Virus record (IMG/VR): IMGVR_UViG_3300025128_000017
Location: 32,158 to 96,157 of that record
Reading direction: 5' to 3' (one strand)
DNA: 64,000 nucleotides
Source of the DNA: a virus
Below the pieces are notes generated by a model that made no database searches, had not been told where the DNA came from, and worked only from the letters and a program-made list of their open reading frames with translations. Shown here one piece after another: positions 36,845-48,500 of the stretch (positions are counted from its first letter, which is position 1; the number at the start of each line of letters is the position of its first letter). The position numbers and the translations under genes are program-made.

Positions 36845-38334
36845 TTAATATGATTGAAGATAATGAAGACATGAAATCATTCATTATTGAAATGGATAGA
36901 AAAATGGCTAAAAAGTCATTTCATTACTTTTTTACAGAATGTTTAGAGTTTCTTTACAATCATCATCATAAATCATGGGAAACAGGTTTAACTGAACATT
37001 CTTATTATTGTGTAAAAGCATCAAGAGACCACGGTAAGTCTGTATTTTTTATGTCATATGCATTATGGTTAGCAGCATTTAACAAGAAAACTCACATCAT
37101 GATATTTTCTCACTCTCTTGAACAGACACTTGAACATATGAGATTTATTAGAAATCTAATAGATAATACTCCAGTACTACATCATTTGAAGCCAGCCGGA
37201 AAACAACCGTGGGCAAAGTCTTACTTCGAGTTTACAAATGGTAGTCGTTTGATGGCAAAATCGGTTGGTGGGGCTACTCGTGGTTTCCACCCTGATGTTG
37301 TTGTGTGTGACGATATTCTTTGGGGTACTAGTGGAACTGAACTTCAAAGAACTGCTGATTGGTTTTACGGTGTACTTCTTCCAGTTCTTCACCATAGTAG
37401 TAAATTAATGATGGTTGGTACACCATTTAGTTACAATGACTTATATGCGGAATTAGAACAAAAAGAAACATTTAGAGTTGAAACTTATCCTGCAATTGAT
37501 TCTGAAGGAGTTGCATTATGGCCTGAACGTTGGGATATGGCGGCTTTAGAACAAAGAAGGCTTTCAATGCCCGCTATACAATTTTCTCGTGAATATCTTT
37601 GTGAGCCAATTCATGATGTTGCTAGTATGTTTCCTATGGATATATTAGAGGGTGCTAGAGATACAAATTTAGTTTTATTAGATAGAGCAGAAACAAACTA
37701 CAACGAGGAAGGTGAACCGGATGGTGTTTTCGGTCAACACTTCATAGGTCATGACCCTGCTATATCTTCTGATAAAAATGCTGACTTTACTGCGATGACT
37801 GTAATGAGACAAAAACCGAATGAACCTTTCAAAGAAATAATCCATGTTGTACACGAAAGAGGGATGAGTACAATGGCTCAGAAAAGAATGATGGTCATGT
37901 TAAATAGTCGTTTTAGCCCTGATTTGATTGAACTTGAAGGTAACAATTTCCAAAGAATGCTAGAAGCGGAAATGAGAGAAATGGCAGCAGACATGCCTAT
38001 TCGAGTATTTATGACTACAAGAACTAAAAAAGAATCTCTGTTTATGAGCCTTCTTCTTGCTTTTGAACAAGGACATATCAAATTACCATATGGAGATGAA
38101 AGAAGTAGGACATATACACATAAATTGGAACAAGAATTAAATCGCTTTGGTATGCAGAAAAATGGTAAATTAGAAAGCGTGGGAGTACACGATGACTTAG
38201 CAATGAGCCTTGCTTTGGCTAATTGGGCCACAAAAGAATTTAAGGGAAGTGTTATGCTACTAGATGATGTCATGCCGGCGTTTGATTCGTGGTTTGACAG
38301 CGGGAAAAGAAATAACGATTGGGTGATACCTTGA
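36841..38334 (+). CDS. terL: Terminase large subunit
   Basis: SRDHGKS Walker A, RG...VVCDD Walker B, VGTP, GHDPA nuclease, HDDLAMSLALA. Confidence 0.95.
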   Translation: MINMIEDNEDMKSFIIEMDRKMAKKSFHYFFTECLEFLYNHHHKSWETGLTEHSYYCVKASRDHGKSVFFMSYALWLAAFNKKTHIMIFSHSLEQTLEHMRFIRNLIDNTPVLHHLKPAGKQPWAKSYFEFTNGSRLMAKSVGGATRGFHPDVVVCDDILWGTSGTELQRTADWFYGVLLPVLHHSSKLMMVGTPFSYNDLYAELEQKETFRVETYPAIDSEGVALWPERWDMAALEQRRLSMPAIQFSREYLCEPIHDVASMFPMDILEGARDTNLVLLDRAETNYNEEGEPDGVFGQHFIGHDPAISSDKNADFTAMTVMRQKPNEPFKEIIHVVHERGMSTMAQKRMMVMLNSRFSPDLIELEGNNFQRMLEAEMREMAADMPIRVFMTTRTKKESLFMSLLLAFEQGHIKLPYGDERSRTYTHKLEQELNRFGMQKNGKLESVGVHDDLAMSLALANWATKEFKGSVMLLDDVMPAFDSWFDSGKRNNDWVIP

Positions 38335-38358
38335 ATGACACGATAATAAAAGAAGAAA

Positions 38359-39528
38359 ATGAAAATAGAAGTAGGTGGTCTTAGTATGCAGATGTTTGCA
38401 GATAACGGCGAAGGGTGGTTTGAAACACACTTAGGTTGTACAGCATCTGATTTTGTTGGTAGATTAAAAAAAGCAAGAAGGCATAATAAACATTCAAAAG
38501 AAGAAATCGATGGTATGATAAACGATGTTAGAATGTTAAAAGCATTGGAAGTAAGAGGTACATTAGAATCTGTTTCATGGTGCGAAGGTTATGAAAATGT
38601 TATACATAAATTTGGATTGAGTGATAGAGATTTAAAATCACTTAGAAAATTTGGCGATACAAGAAAGGCTAGTTTAATTCGTGCATGTAATCAATGGCAA
38701 GAAGCAGATGAATTACTTTCTAAACTCGATGAACATGTAGAAGTTTGGGGTAAAGAAGAAGAAATGGCTTGGGTGCAAGCGATGAATATCAGAAAAGATG
38801 CTAAAAAATTATGGAAAACTACATTGCATCAAATGGATAAGTTAACTGAAAAAGAAACAGATGCTTTGATAAAAAGTGCGGAGTTACTCACAGAAAGAGG
38901 TTCAATGTCAGGTAGAGGACTTTTTGAAAATTTATCTGATGCTAAAATATTACACAAAAGTATGACACCAATGAAATTATCAAAACTAATCAGTGTTTAT
39001 GGTGAAGAAGTTGACATAATTGCAGGAGGTAAAAGAGGAACTTTTGTCAAAATGGATAAGTCAGGTTTAATATTGAAAGACCCGTATGCATATGCGGCAG
39101 GATTTTTAGATGCTGATGGTTATATTTCTATAACTAAAAGAGGAGAGCCAAGAGCAGGATTTGTTGCTACAGGTTCAAGAGGTAAAATTCATTGCGAGCA
39201 GTTACAAAAAACATTAGGTTGTGGTGTTTTACAACTAGACCAAAAAATATACAAAGATAGTCAAAGAAGTCAGCATCGTTTACAATTTTATTCTAAAAGT
39301 GACATTCGTAAATTATTAACTCAAATACTCCCACATTTAAAAATGAAAGATTTACAAGCCAAAGCGGTACTTGCTTTTATCGATGAAACTGATAGTGTGA
39401 GAAAAGAAGAGTTACAAAAATTAGTTAAATACAGCAATTGGAGTGATGATACTATTAAGGCAAGTGACCTTTTAACAGAATGGGGTGTCGCTTCTGACGA
39501 TATCGCCAAGTGGAAGGAGGGATTATAG
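38359..39528 (+). CDS. LAGLIDADG-domain protein with long N-terminal extension
   Basis: YAAGFLDADGYISIT...LPHL..K..QA. Confidence 0.8.
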   Translation: MKIEVGGLSMQMFADNGEGWFETHLGCTASDFVGRLKKARRHNKHSKEEIDGMINDVRMLKALEVRGTLESVSWCEGYENVIHKFGLSDRDLKSLRKFGDTRKASLIRACNQWQEADELLSKLDEHVEVWGKEEEMAWVQAMNIRKDAKKLWKTTLHQMDKLTEKETDALIKSAELLTERGSMSGRGLFENLSDAKILHKSMTPMKLSKLISVYGEEVDIIAGGKRGTFVKMDKSGLILKDPYAYAAGFLDADGYISITKRGEPRAGFVATGSRGKIHCEQLQKTLGCGVLQLDQKIYKDSQRSQHRLQFYSKSDIRKLLTQILPHLKMKDLQAKAVLAFIDETDSVRKEELQKLVKYSNWSDDTIKASDLLTEWGVASDDIAKWKEGL

Positions 39529-41246
39529 TGGCCGAAGAAGAAAAAGGTGTGATTGGTAGATTTATTGAAAGGTTAACTGGGAGTAATCGTAGAAGAACTA
39601 CTCCTCAACCGCAAATGCCACTTTATACTACTGGGATACAAGAACCTGTTTTAGCACAAGGTATTACTATACCTGCACTTTTTGCAGTTTCTCATGAAAA
39701 TTTAATTCTTCGTACTGTTATATCTAAACTAGGTCAAGAAATTTTTAGAAGAGGCTATTATTGGGAAAAGAATTTTCAATTTAAATGCACACAATGTCAA
39801 GAAGAATATACACAAGAAGTAGAGGCGTGTGTTCAATGTGGTGGAGAAGTAGTACCACCAAATGTAGATGAGGTAATCTACGCTAAATGGTTATTAAAAC
39901 AAGAAAATTCAATGGAACAATCTTTCATACAAATTTTACATGAAATTGAAAGAGATTTGAATGTAGTTGATGATGCTTTCCTAATACTGATAAAAGAATA
40001 CTATGTTGACCCTAAAACTTCTGAAATAGGTTTTTACAGAGTAAAAGAAGTAATGAGAGGAGACCCAATCTTTATGAGAATTGTTGCAGATAAAAGAGGT
40101 GTTAGAGGTGGAAGGTACAAAGTATGTCCAATTCATCGTGACCAAATATCTTATCCGGGTGAAGATGAACCTTGTACTGTGTGTGGTAATACTAAACAAG
40201 ATGCTCATTATGTTAATATGGCGGGAAGCGGAAAAACGCAGTATTATTTAGAAGGAGAAGTTATTCATATTAGTAAATATAATCCAAGTAAATTGTATGG
40301 TCGAAGTCCGGTGAACACTTTGTGGAGACAGGCAATGACTCTTACTGCAATGGATAATTATATGTATACAGCATACCAAAAAAGAAGAAGTCCAAAAGGT
40401 ATAATTTCCGTCACTACTGATAATTTAGAATCAATGAAATCTTTTTGGAAAACAGTTGATGAGAAAATGGAAAGAGACCCACATTACATTCCTAAAGTTG
40501 GTATTGAAAGTCAAACTGGTAGAGGTGGAGTTCAATGGATTAAGTTCATGGATACTCTTGAAGAAATGCAGTATATTGCGGTGAGAGATGAAATAAGAAA
40601 TCGCATTGCTGCATATTTCGGAGTTAGTAGCATTTTCATGATAGATAATGGTAAAAGTGGTGGTTTGAATAACGAAGGTATGCAAATACTTGTTACCAAT
40701 AGAGCAGTTGAATTTGGTCAGAAAGTTTACACAGATGTTTTATTTCCACGAATGTTAAAACAAATGAATGTTCATGATTGGAAACTAACATTATATCCAA
40801 ATGAAGAAGAAGATGAAATCACTAGACTTAGAAGAGATGAGATGGAAGTTAATCTTGCACAAAGAATGGTTATGCTTGGTTATCAACCTGAATTGATGGA
40901 AGATGGTGATAGAGATATTAGATTTACATACAAGAAAATACCACCGCCTGAAGGTGGAAATCCAGCAATGCCACCTGCACCGGGAGGAGCAATGCCACCG
41001 GGAGGAGCAATGCCACCGGGAGTACCGCCGGGAGGAGGAATGGCAGGTATGATAGTCCCTCCATCACAACCCGGAGGTGAAGGTGTTGGATTGAGAACTC
41101 CAAGTAGTCCAGCAAGGCCACAAGCAAGAACTAGTGGTGGCATCGGCTCTCCTATTTCTAGTGTTCAACAAAGAGGTCCACAACCTACTCTTGCTGAGAA
41201 GAATCAGAAGGGTTTACAAGATTCTAGGCGGATTAAAGGGGCTTAG
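39528..41246 (+). CDS. Portal protein with two Zn-ribbon insertions
   Basis: After terL; EVIHI...LYGRSP, I..YFGVS; GTG start with GGAGG RBS. Confidence 0.9.
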   Translation: MAEEEKGVIGRFIERLTGSNRRRTTPQPQMPLYTTGIQEPVLAQGITIPALFAVSHENLILRTVISKLGQEIFRRGYYWEKNFQFKCTQCQEEYTQEVEACVQCGGEVVPPNVDEVIYAKWLLKQENSMEQSFIQILHEIERDLNVVDDAFLILIKEYYVDPKTSEIGFYRVKEVMRGDPIFMRIVADKRGVRGGRYKVCPIHRDQISYPGEDEPCTVCGNTKQDAHYVNMAGSGKTQYYLEGEVIHISKYNPSKLYGRSPVNTLWRQAMTLTAMDNYMYTAYQKRRSPKGIISVTTDNLESMKSFWKTVDEKMERDPHYIPKVGIESQTGRGGVQWIKFMDTLEEMQYIAVRDEIRNRIAAYFGVSSIFMIDNGKSGGLNNEGMQILVTNRAVEFGQKVYTDVLFPRMLKQMNVHDWKLTLYPNEEEDEITRLRRDEMEVNLAQRMVMLGYQPELMEDGDRDIRFTYKKIPPPEGGNPAMPPAPGGAMPPGGAMPPGVPPGGGMAGMIVPPSQPGGEGVGLRTPSSPARPQARTSGGIGSPISSVQQRGPQPTLAEKNQKGLQDSRRIKGA

Positions 41247-41288
41247 TTAAAATAACAGGTATACACTCGACGTGCATAGGTGAGACAA

Positions 41289-41645
41289 GTGGACTTACAA
41301 AAAATGGATTCAATGGTTAGAAAAATGGGTGTGCATCAGCAAGCATTTACCAGTGCGGTAGAAGAAGGCGATGAGGTGCAAGCAAGAGCACATTTATCTG
41401 AAATTATTAAGTTTGCAAATTATTTAGATAACGATTTAACAGATATAGTTAGAAAGAGTGAAAATCTAATTGATTTGACTGGCACTGCACAATTTGTTGG
41501 TGGTGTTCCACTTGCTAAATTTAATGAAACTGGTAGTAAATTTGATGCTTCACAACGTGGTGATGTGCTAAAGGGTTACATGCCACCTGCACGAACACAT
41601 GGTGCAATAAAAAAAGTTACAGGAACATTTGGTCGCCGTGTATAG
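41289..41645 (+). CDS. Head-region hypothetical protein
   Basis: GGTGA RBS then GTG; VRKSE site. Confidence 0.7.
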   Translation: MDLQKMDSMVRKMGVHQQAFTSAVEEGDEVQARAHLSEIIKFANYLDNDLTDIVRKSENLIDLTGTAQFVGGVPLAKFNETGSKFDASQRGDVLKGYMPPARTHGAIKKVTGTFGRRV

Positions 41646-41657
41646 ATAGGTGATTAA

Positions 41658-41978
41658 ATGGCAGATAACGATGTTACTGAAAAATTAATGAATACTTTGA
41701 TTACAAAAATGGAATCAATGGACAATGAAATTATAAATTTAAGAAAAATGATTAATTCTCCACAAGCAATACTGAAAAAAGCAGGGTTTGTACCAGTACG
41801 TACACCTTTTTCTGAAGATGTAGAAACTGATGCTTTTAGAGCAGATACTTTTACTAAATCTGACATACCTGATTCTGCTAACCCTGATTCTTATACAAAT
41901 GAAGAAATTCACGACATGACATGGGCCGATATACACGAAATGGCCGAACAACATAGAGAAGTAAAGGAGTTGTATTAA
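41658..41978 (+). CDS. Scaffold-like small protein
   Basis: Coiled coil, LKKAG/FTKSD, C-terminal MTWADIHEMA resembling the scaffold end. Confidence 0.65.
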   Translation: MADNDVTEKLMNTLITKMESMDNEIINLRKMINSPQAILKKAGFVPVRTPFSEDVETDAFRADTFTKSDIPDSANPDSYTNEEIHDMTWADIHEMAEQHREVKELY

Positions 41979-42418
41979 TGAAACCTCGATATGAACCAGT
42001 AGCAAAAGAAGTAAAAGACATGATGACGAAAGCGGAACTTTTGGTTAAAAGGTTAGATGTTTTAGAAAAAGCAGAAAAATGCCCTACATGTGGAATGATG
42101 AAAGCAAATTGTTTACAAAAAACTGGTTGTGGAGTGAAAAAATACGGTGATATGAAAAAAAGCACAGTTCATTTAGAAACATCTCATTCTACACAACCTA
42201 TGGGTCAAGAATTCCACATAGTATCCGGTGAATCTGCAAGAAATGCATTCTATGGAACTAACAATGCTCTTTTAGATTCTGAAGTTGTAAAAAACTCAGG
42301 TGCAATAAATGAAACACCTAATCTTGAAACTTTGAATAAAAAACTTAATCCTCATGATTTAAACATCAAATTAGATGACATGGGTGGAAAATCTCCTACT
42401 GGCTCTGATTTGGAGTGA
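41978..42418 (+). CDS. Head-region protein with many xxK[ASTY] sites
   Basis: LEKA, MMKA, LQKT, MKKS; CPTC. Confidence 0.7.
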   Translation: MKPRYEPVAKEVKDMMTKAELLVKRLDVLEKAEKCPTCGMMKANCLQKTGCGVKKYGDMKKSTVHLETSHSTQPMGQEFHIVSGESARNAFYGTNNALLDSEVVKNSGAINETPNLETLNKKLNPHDLNIKLDDMGGKSPTGSDLE

Positions 42419-42423
42419 ATTTT

Positions 42424-42555
42424 ATGGGAATAGTGAAAATTATAAATAAAGCGATACCTATACATGATTGTAAAGTCTGTGGGGGTAATGTTACAATTGG
42501 TTGTCAAAAATATGATGATATGCCTTTTTATAAATGCCCTGACAATGTAAATTAA
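42424..42555 (+). CDS. 43-aa Cys-rich protein (below track cutoff)
   Basis: MGIVKIINKA...CKVC...C...C; GGAGTGA RBS. Confidence 0.55.
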   Translation: MGIVKIINKAIPIHDCKVCGGNVTIGCQKYDDMPFYKCPDNVN

Positions 42556-42578
42556 AATGGGGTTAAGGAGATGATTTT

Positions 42579-45500
42579 GTGCAAGAAAATGACATCGAGA
42601 TTTACTTAAGGCACAGAAATGATTTTTTAAAAAGTATTTTACAGTATGAAGACTATGACGATGAATTACTTTCTTTATCAAATACTATTATCAATCTCCA
42701 AAACAAAAACATATCTTTCACTAAGTCGTGGATAGATGAATATTGTCTTAAAATGGCGAGTGAAATAAGACCTGATTATATCATTAAAGAAAAAATTAAT
42801 CTTGAAAACTTACCAATAGATAATATCAGTATCAAGGATTTGGTGAATAGTAATCCTAATTTATCTAATAACGAAATACTTGCAAAATTAAAAGAAATGA
42901 GAAGTCAACGAAATCCTCCGTTTAAAACGAATTTTGATGATGATGATATTTTGATGCGTATTAACGATATTCGTTTTAAAAAATCAAAATTAAATCCAAC
43001 ACAATGGATAGAACAAGGGAATCCTCCTCCTACTAAAAGAGTTGTAAATGAAGTTAGTAGAGAAGAAGATTATGGTAGAATGAAAGGTAATGTAAAAGGG
43101 AGACAGTCTGCTGCCGATGAAGCCAATTTTCGTAATATTGATGAATATTTATTAGATGAAGGAAGAAGTTTAAGCGAAAGTGCTTCTTTATGGCCTACTA
43201 CGAAATCCGGTATAAGTCATTTTTTCGATAACAATAATCCTATGGTAGAACAACATCCAGTTAATGGTTTACCAAGACATTTAGATACTTCTATTAGATA
43301 CGTTTTAAGTGGTGAAGCAGATAAAGTGAAAAAAGCGGTAGAAGAACATTATGAGCACCATAAAAAATCTAAAAATCCGGTTGTGAGTGGAGTTGTGAAA
43401 CCAACTGGTTTAGGTACAAACATAAAAAATGTAAATACTGATGAAGATAAAGTACAAAAAAATGAAATTTACCATCCATTTATAGGTGAGACTAGTCAAA
43501 ACGGGGGATTAAATGGTTCACAATTACATGCTAAATCTTTAGAACAATTCAAAATGAATAACTTAGATACTGAATTTGATGGTAGAGAGTTAGATAATTT
43601 ATTTGAAGGGACTAAAAAAGTAAGTGAAATGAGTGATGATGAGATATTGAAAACTCATCTTATGACTTGGGCTGAAAAATCTAAAAGTAAAGATTTTATT
43701 AAACCTGATAAAACATACAAAGAATATTTGGCGGCTCAAGGTTTGGGTGAAAGTGAAATTACTAAAAAAGTTGAAGATGAACTAAGACAAGATTATGTTG
43801 CGAATGGGAAACAATGGCCTGAAGATGTTAAAGAACAAATTGCTATAGTTCAAAATCGTCTTGGTGAAATGCATGGTGATAATCATTATCATGGTGTTGG
43901 TTTTCTTACACATGCATTAGGTATAGAATTTTTATCACCACAAGATAGAACTACTGTTTTTAATCATTTGATGGAACATGGTACTGATAATGCTGATAAG
44001 CAAGTTATACAACTTTCTGACGGTAAATTAAATATGAGTTATTTGAAAACTCAAATGATGAGCCGTGTAATACCAGCATTAAATCATTCACAAAGAGCAC
44101 CAAATTTTGCTGGCCCTAATCTTTCTGCTAAATTTGAAGATGAAAAATTAAAATTTAAAGATAAATCGAGAACATTAGGTTTTGCAAATCATCTTTTAGA
44201 TAATTTAATTTTTACTCACGATGATGCACGTCATCCTAATTATGACGAGTTTAACAAAGGTGTAATGTCACAATATTTAATGGATGAACTAGGTCATGAT
44301 ATTTGCCGACAAGATGCTGAAAACGCACTTACAGGTGATAATAATCTTTCTTTATCTGATTTATTAGAGCATCATGGGATAAATGGTTATTATCAAAATG
44401 GTAAAATGAAAAAATTCACTACTGAAAACAGTTTTAATCAAAAATACAAAGATGGTAGAAATCTTGATGGTGAAACTTGGGGGCAAGTTGCTTTAAGAGA
44501 AAAAAGAGCCGCTGTAGAAAATAATGCTATCAAATGGCCTTCTTTAAGTAAAACGGGTATTGAGTTCGGTAATTTAAATAAAAAGCACATTAAAGAAATT
44601 TTAAATTGGGCAGATTATTATAGAAAATTAGATAAAACACCAGCAGAAATGAATTTAAGTGAAAAAACAGGTAAAGCATCACCTTTATGGTCAGCATATA
44701 CAAATTGGGCTGAAGGGAAAAAAGCACCTCATAGAAATCTTAATGAAAATGCACATGCAAACGAAGTGATGGAAAGAAGTGGAAATAAATGGAAATGGAA
44801 TGATATGGTTAATTTTCTCGGTTTCAACGAAAAGACAAATGAGGATGGTAGTATTACTTATAGTGAAAGGGGAAAACATGACATGTTACCTTTGCGAAAT
44901 ACACCATATTTTACTAACAAAGAAATGCAAGCAGTAAAAGAACATTATGAACATAGTAGAAGTTTATCTAATAAATCTAAAAATATTAGAAATATTTCAA
45001 AACCTTTTAGGATAGGCTCTAATGGTATTAGAAAAGAAGATTTACCTAAATCTGAAGATGGAATAACGGAATACGGTGTAGATAAAGGATTCTTAACAAG
45101 TGAAAAAGATGAAAATAAACTTGAAGGTTTAGGTAGAATGTTTCATGACATTTACGATACAAGGGGTGGACATGGTATATCTGATACTCAGTTCTTATCT
45201 ATTTTACATGACCATCATGCACACTATGTAAATAAAAACGCTAAAGTCGGTGAAGTATATTCAAAATCTATTTTTGGTGAGAAAAGACGACAAAGTTTAG
45301 ACGATATTAATGAACAAGGTAAATCTCAATCATTTAGTAGTACTTTATCCCCTTTGATGCACAATGAAAAAATAACAGGTTTAATTAGTTTTTTACTACC
45401 TAGTAATTTACCAGCAGGTGCAAGAATACATAAAGGGGTAAAAGACATAATGAGTTTACACGGTTCAAGTTCTATTAGAACTCGAAAAGATGAAAATGGT

Positions 45501-48500
45501 AATGTAACATTATCACCCGGTTTAAATGATAAAAATGATACTGACCGTATATCGGCTAGACATCCTGATGTAATCAATCAAGGTAAAAGAAGAGATAAAT
45601 TTGGCGACATAGATGGTGGAGATGCATATTTTATTAATACACATGGTAAAAATCCACATGTTTTACACGACCCCTACGTTGTTAGTAATCGAGTCAATTC
45701 TTTCATTTCAGATGGTAAAATTAACAATCTATCGAAAATAAAACAAATATTAGGCATGAGCCATGCTATGAGTCATAGAGGTAGTGATATTGTATCAGAT
45801 ATAAGGCAAAAAAATGATATTGGTGATTTTTGGGGTTTTGATTTTGGTTTACATAATAATGGGAAACCTAATACATTCCTTAAGAGTAAAGATATTTTAA
45901 GCCCTGAAAATATTAAAAAATTAAAAATAAATACAGATATTGACGAGTCACAATTAAGAGAATTACTTGCTTTGTCAACTAAAGTTGGGAGAAAAGAGTT
46001 TGCAGATGAGATACATGATTTTACACAATCACCGATAAATAATCAAGAAATACAACAAGGTACTGTTGAAGACATAGGTTCTCTTTTAGAACAATTAAAA
46101 GGAGAAAAATTAGAATTAGAAACTAGAAGAGATTCAGCAGGTCTATCATATGAGAAATTTGGCTCAACACAACAAGATTATGATAAAGGTCCATTAAATG
46201 ATTTTAGTAGAACTTCTGCTATCTATAAGCCGTTAAATACTAGTGAAAAAAATAGATTAAAAGAGTTAGATGAAGAAATAAATCATGTACAAAATCAACT
46301 AAACGTGATAGAAGATAAGCATTATTCTAATAGTTTCAGTGCAGAAAAAAATCGTTTTGACCACGAAGAAGAAGGGAGAGTAAGAGATGAACATGCTAAA
46401 TTGGATTTTGCTAAAGAACATTTGTTACCTAAAGTGCTTGAAAATTTTCCAGATGCTTTTAATGCAGATGTAGTAGGGGCACACCAAGTCAAAATTAACA
46501 TGGCACAATTATTGCACGATGCAGAAATTGGATTGTTAACTGTACCTCATAAAGTGCATAATTTGAAAAGTTATGGTAGTGTAATAGGTGAAAGTGAATC
46601 GCAGACTATGCAACAACTTAGTAAAACAGGTAAAGGTCATCATGACGATATACAGAAAATAATGAGTCAACATGGAGTTGGTTTGAATGATTTTGGTAAC
46701 GATGAATATGGTAATTCTAATTTAACTGCACAAAATTTAGTAGAAAAACTTGGTTTAGAACTTAATCCAGATAATTTAATGTATGCTCAACAATTAATAA
46801 ACAGTCATATTGGTAAAAATAATAAAGTTATGACTTTAGGACAATTGCTTAGTAAGCATCCAAATCTTTCAAAAATACCCAAATTAGATGAAAATGGGGA
46901 ACAAATGATAGATGAAAATGGGGAACAAATCTATGAAGATACTTGGGATAAAACTAATAATTCTAAAGAACGTCAAGAACTACTTGCAAGTCATTATAGA
47001 AAAGCATCGCAAGCCGTACCGCCTACTTTAGAAAAAATACCTAAAAGAGATGAATTTGGTAATTTAGTAAAAGATGAAGAAGGTAACATGGTGTTTGATA
47101 TGCAACCTAAAAAAATATCAAGAGGTAAACTAGCAACAGGTGGCTCTTTTGATTTACATCCAAATCCTACTAAAGTAAGAAACGAGCATTATAGAACTCA
47201 TCCAATATATAATCACATAAGAGATATACATAAAAAAATGAATATTTCTCCAAAGAGTGCACAATTTGATTCATTAAAAAATGATTACGGTTTAGTCTAT
47301 GAAAAGAACGGTGAAATAGGAAGTGGTATGAATGTAGGGAAAAAACAGCATAAAGACAATTTACATAACATGTTAGACAGTGTTATAGTTTATGATGCTG
47401 ATTATGATGAAAAACTAGCCAACCCGACTGATGAAAAAACAATAACTAGACCAAGTTTTTCACAAGGTGAAGTAGAAATACATCCACATCATGAACAGAA
47501 AGGTAGAACCTTATCTACAGTATATACTGGTGGCGGTATTGCTCCAATAGCAAGTACTATGACAAACTCACAAGCAAATTTCGCATTTAATTTCACCAAA
47601 GGAGGAAATATAAACATAGGGAATTATGCTACACCTCGTGCTCATGTTCCGCCACCTGCTGGTGTTTACCCATATATATTAGGGGAAGAACAACATCAAA
47701 TGAATACAAATGTCGTTTTAGGAGACCAAACATCGGCTCAAATACATGAAAATCCTCAAACGTCTTCTCAAAGTGACGAACTTGTTTATGCTGATATATC
47801 TCATGTGGCTAAAGCCGAATTGCCTATAGAAATGCCTTTAATAGAACCTTTACATAAAATATTCAAAATTACCGATATTGAACAATTAAGAGGATTTACT
47901 GGTGAATGGGTGGCTTCTATACAAGAAGATGGTAAAAGATTGAAAGTAAAAAGAACAGGAAACAGAATTACTTTAACTGATGGAAATGCACAAAGAGTAG
48001 ATAGTTATAGTGAAATGGATAAGTATTTTAGAAAAATTACTAGTAAAAATTATGTTATAGATGTCATTATGAATGACGAAGGTATTTTCATCAGTGACGT
48101 AATGCATTACGATGGGACAGATGTGACCGATTTAGATACTAGAGATAGAATGAAACTACTTAGAGGTCAGTTTGAAAGTCATAATTTTATTCATGTGCTT
48201 GGTCCTTCAACTTTAAAAATTACAGACGAAGATGGTCTTGAAAATGCAGTGAAAGATTTACTATCTGATAATAAAGATAAAAAGATATTACTAAGAGATG
48301 CTAAATCTACATATATGAAAGGAGAAGAAAAACATCCGAAATGGATTATGATGACTAAGTCATACGATGATTATCATATTCCTTTTGATATGGAAATTGA
48401 AAATGAACAGTTCATATTACATTTTGCTGACGACATTGTGAAATATGATATTTTAGATGACGGGGTATTACTAGACGTTTTGAATCCTAAAAGTATGTTA

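Noticed and set aside
36841-41246. Intron or intein in terL/portal associated with the LAGLIDADG
   Set aside because: Both genes appear complete and no intein splice motifs are seen
47830-48360. Active DNA ligase
   Set aside because: Adenylated Lys and other catalytic residues are substituted
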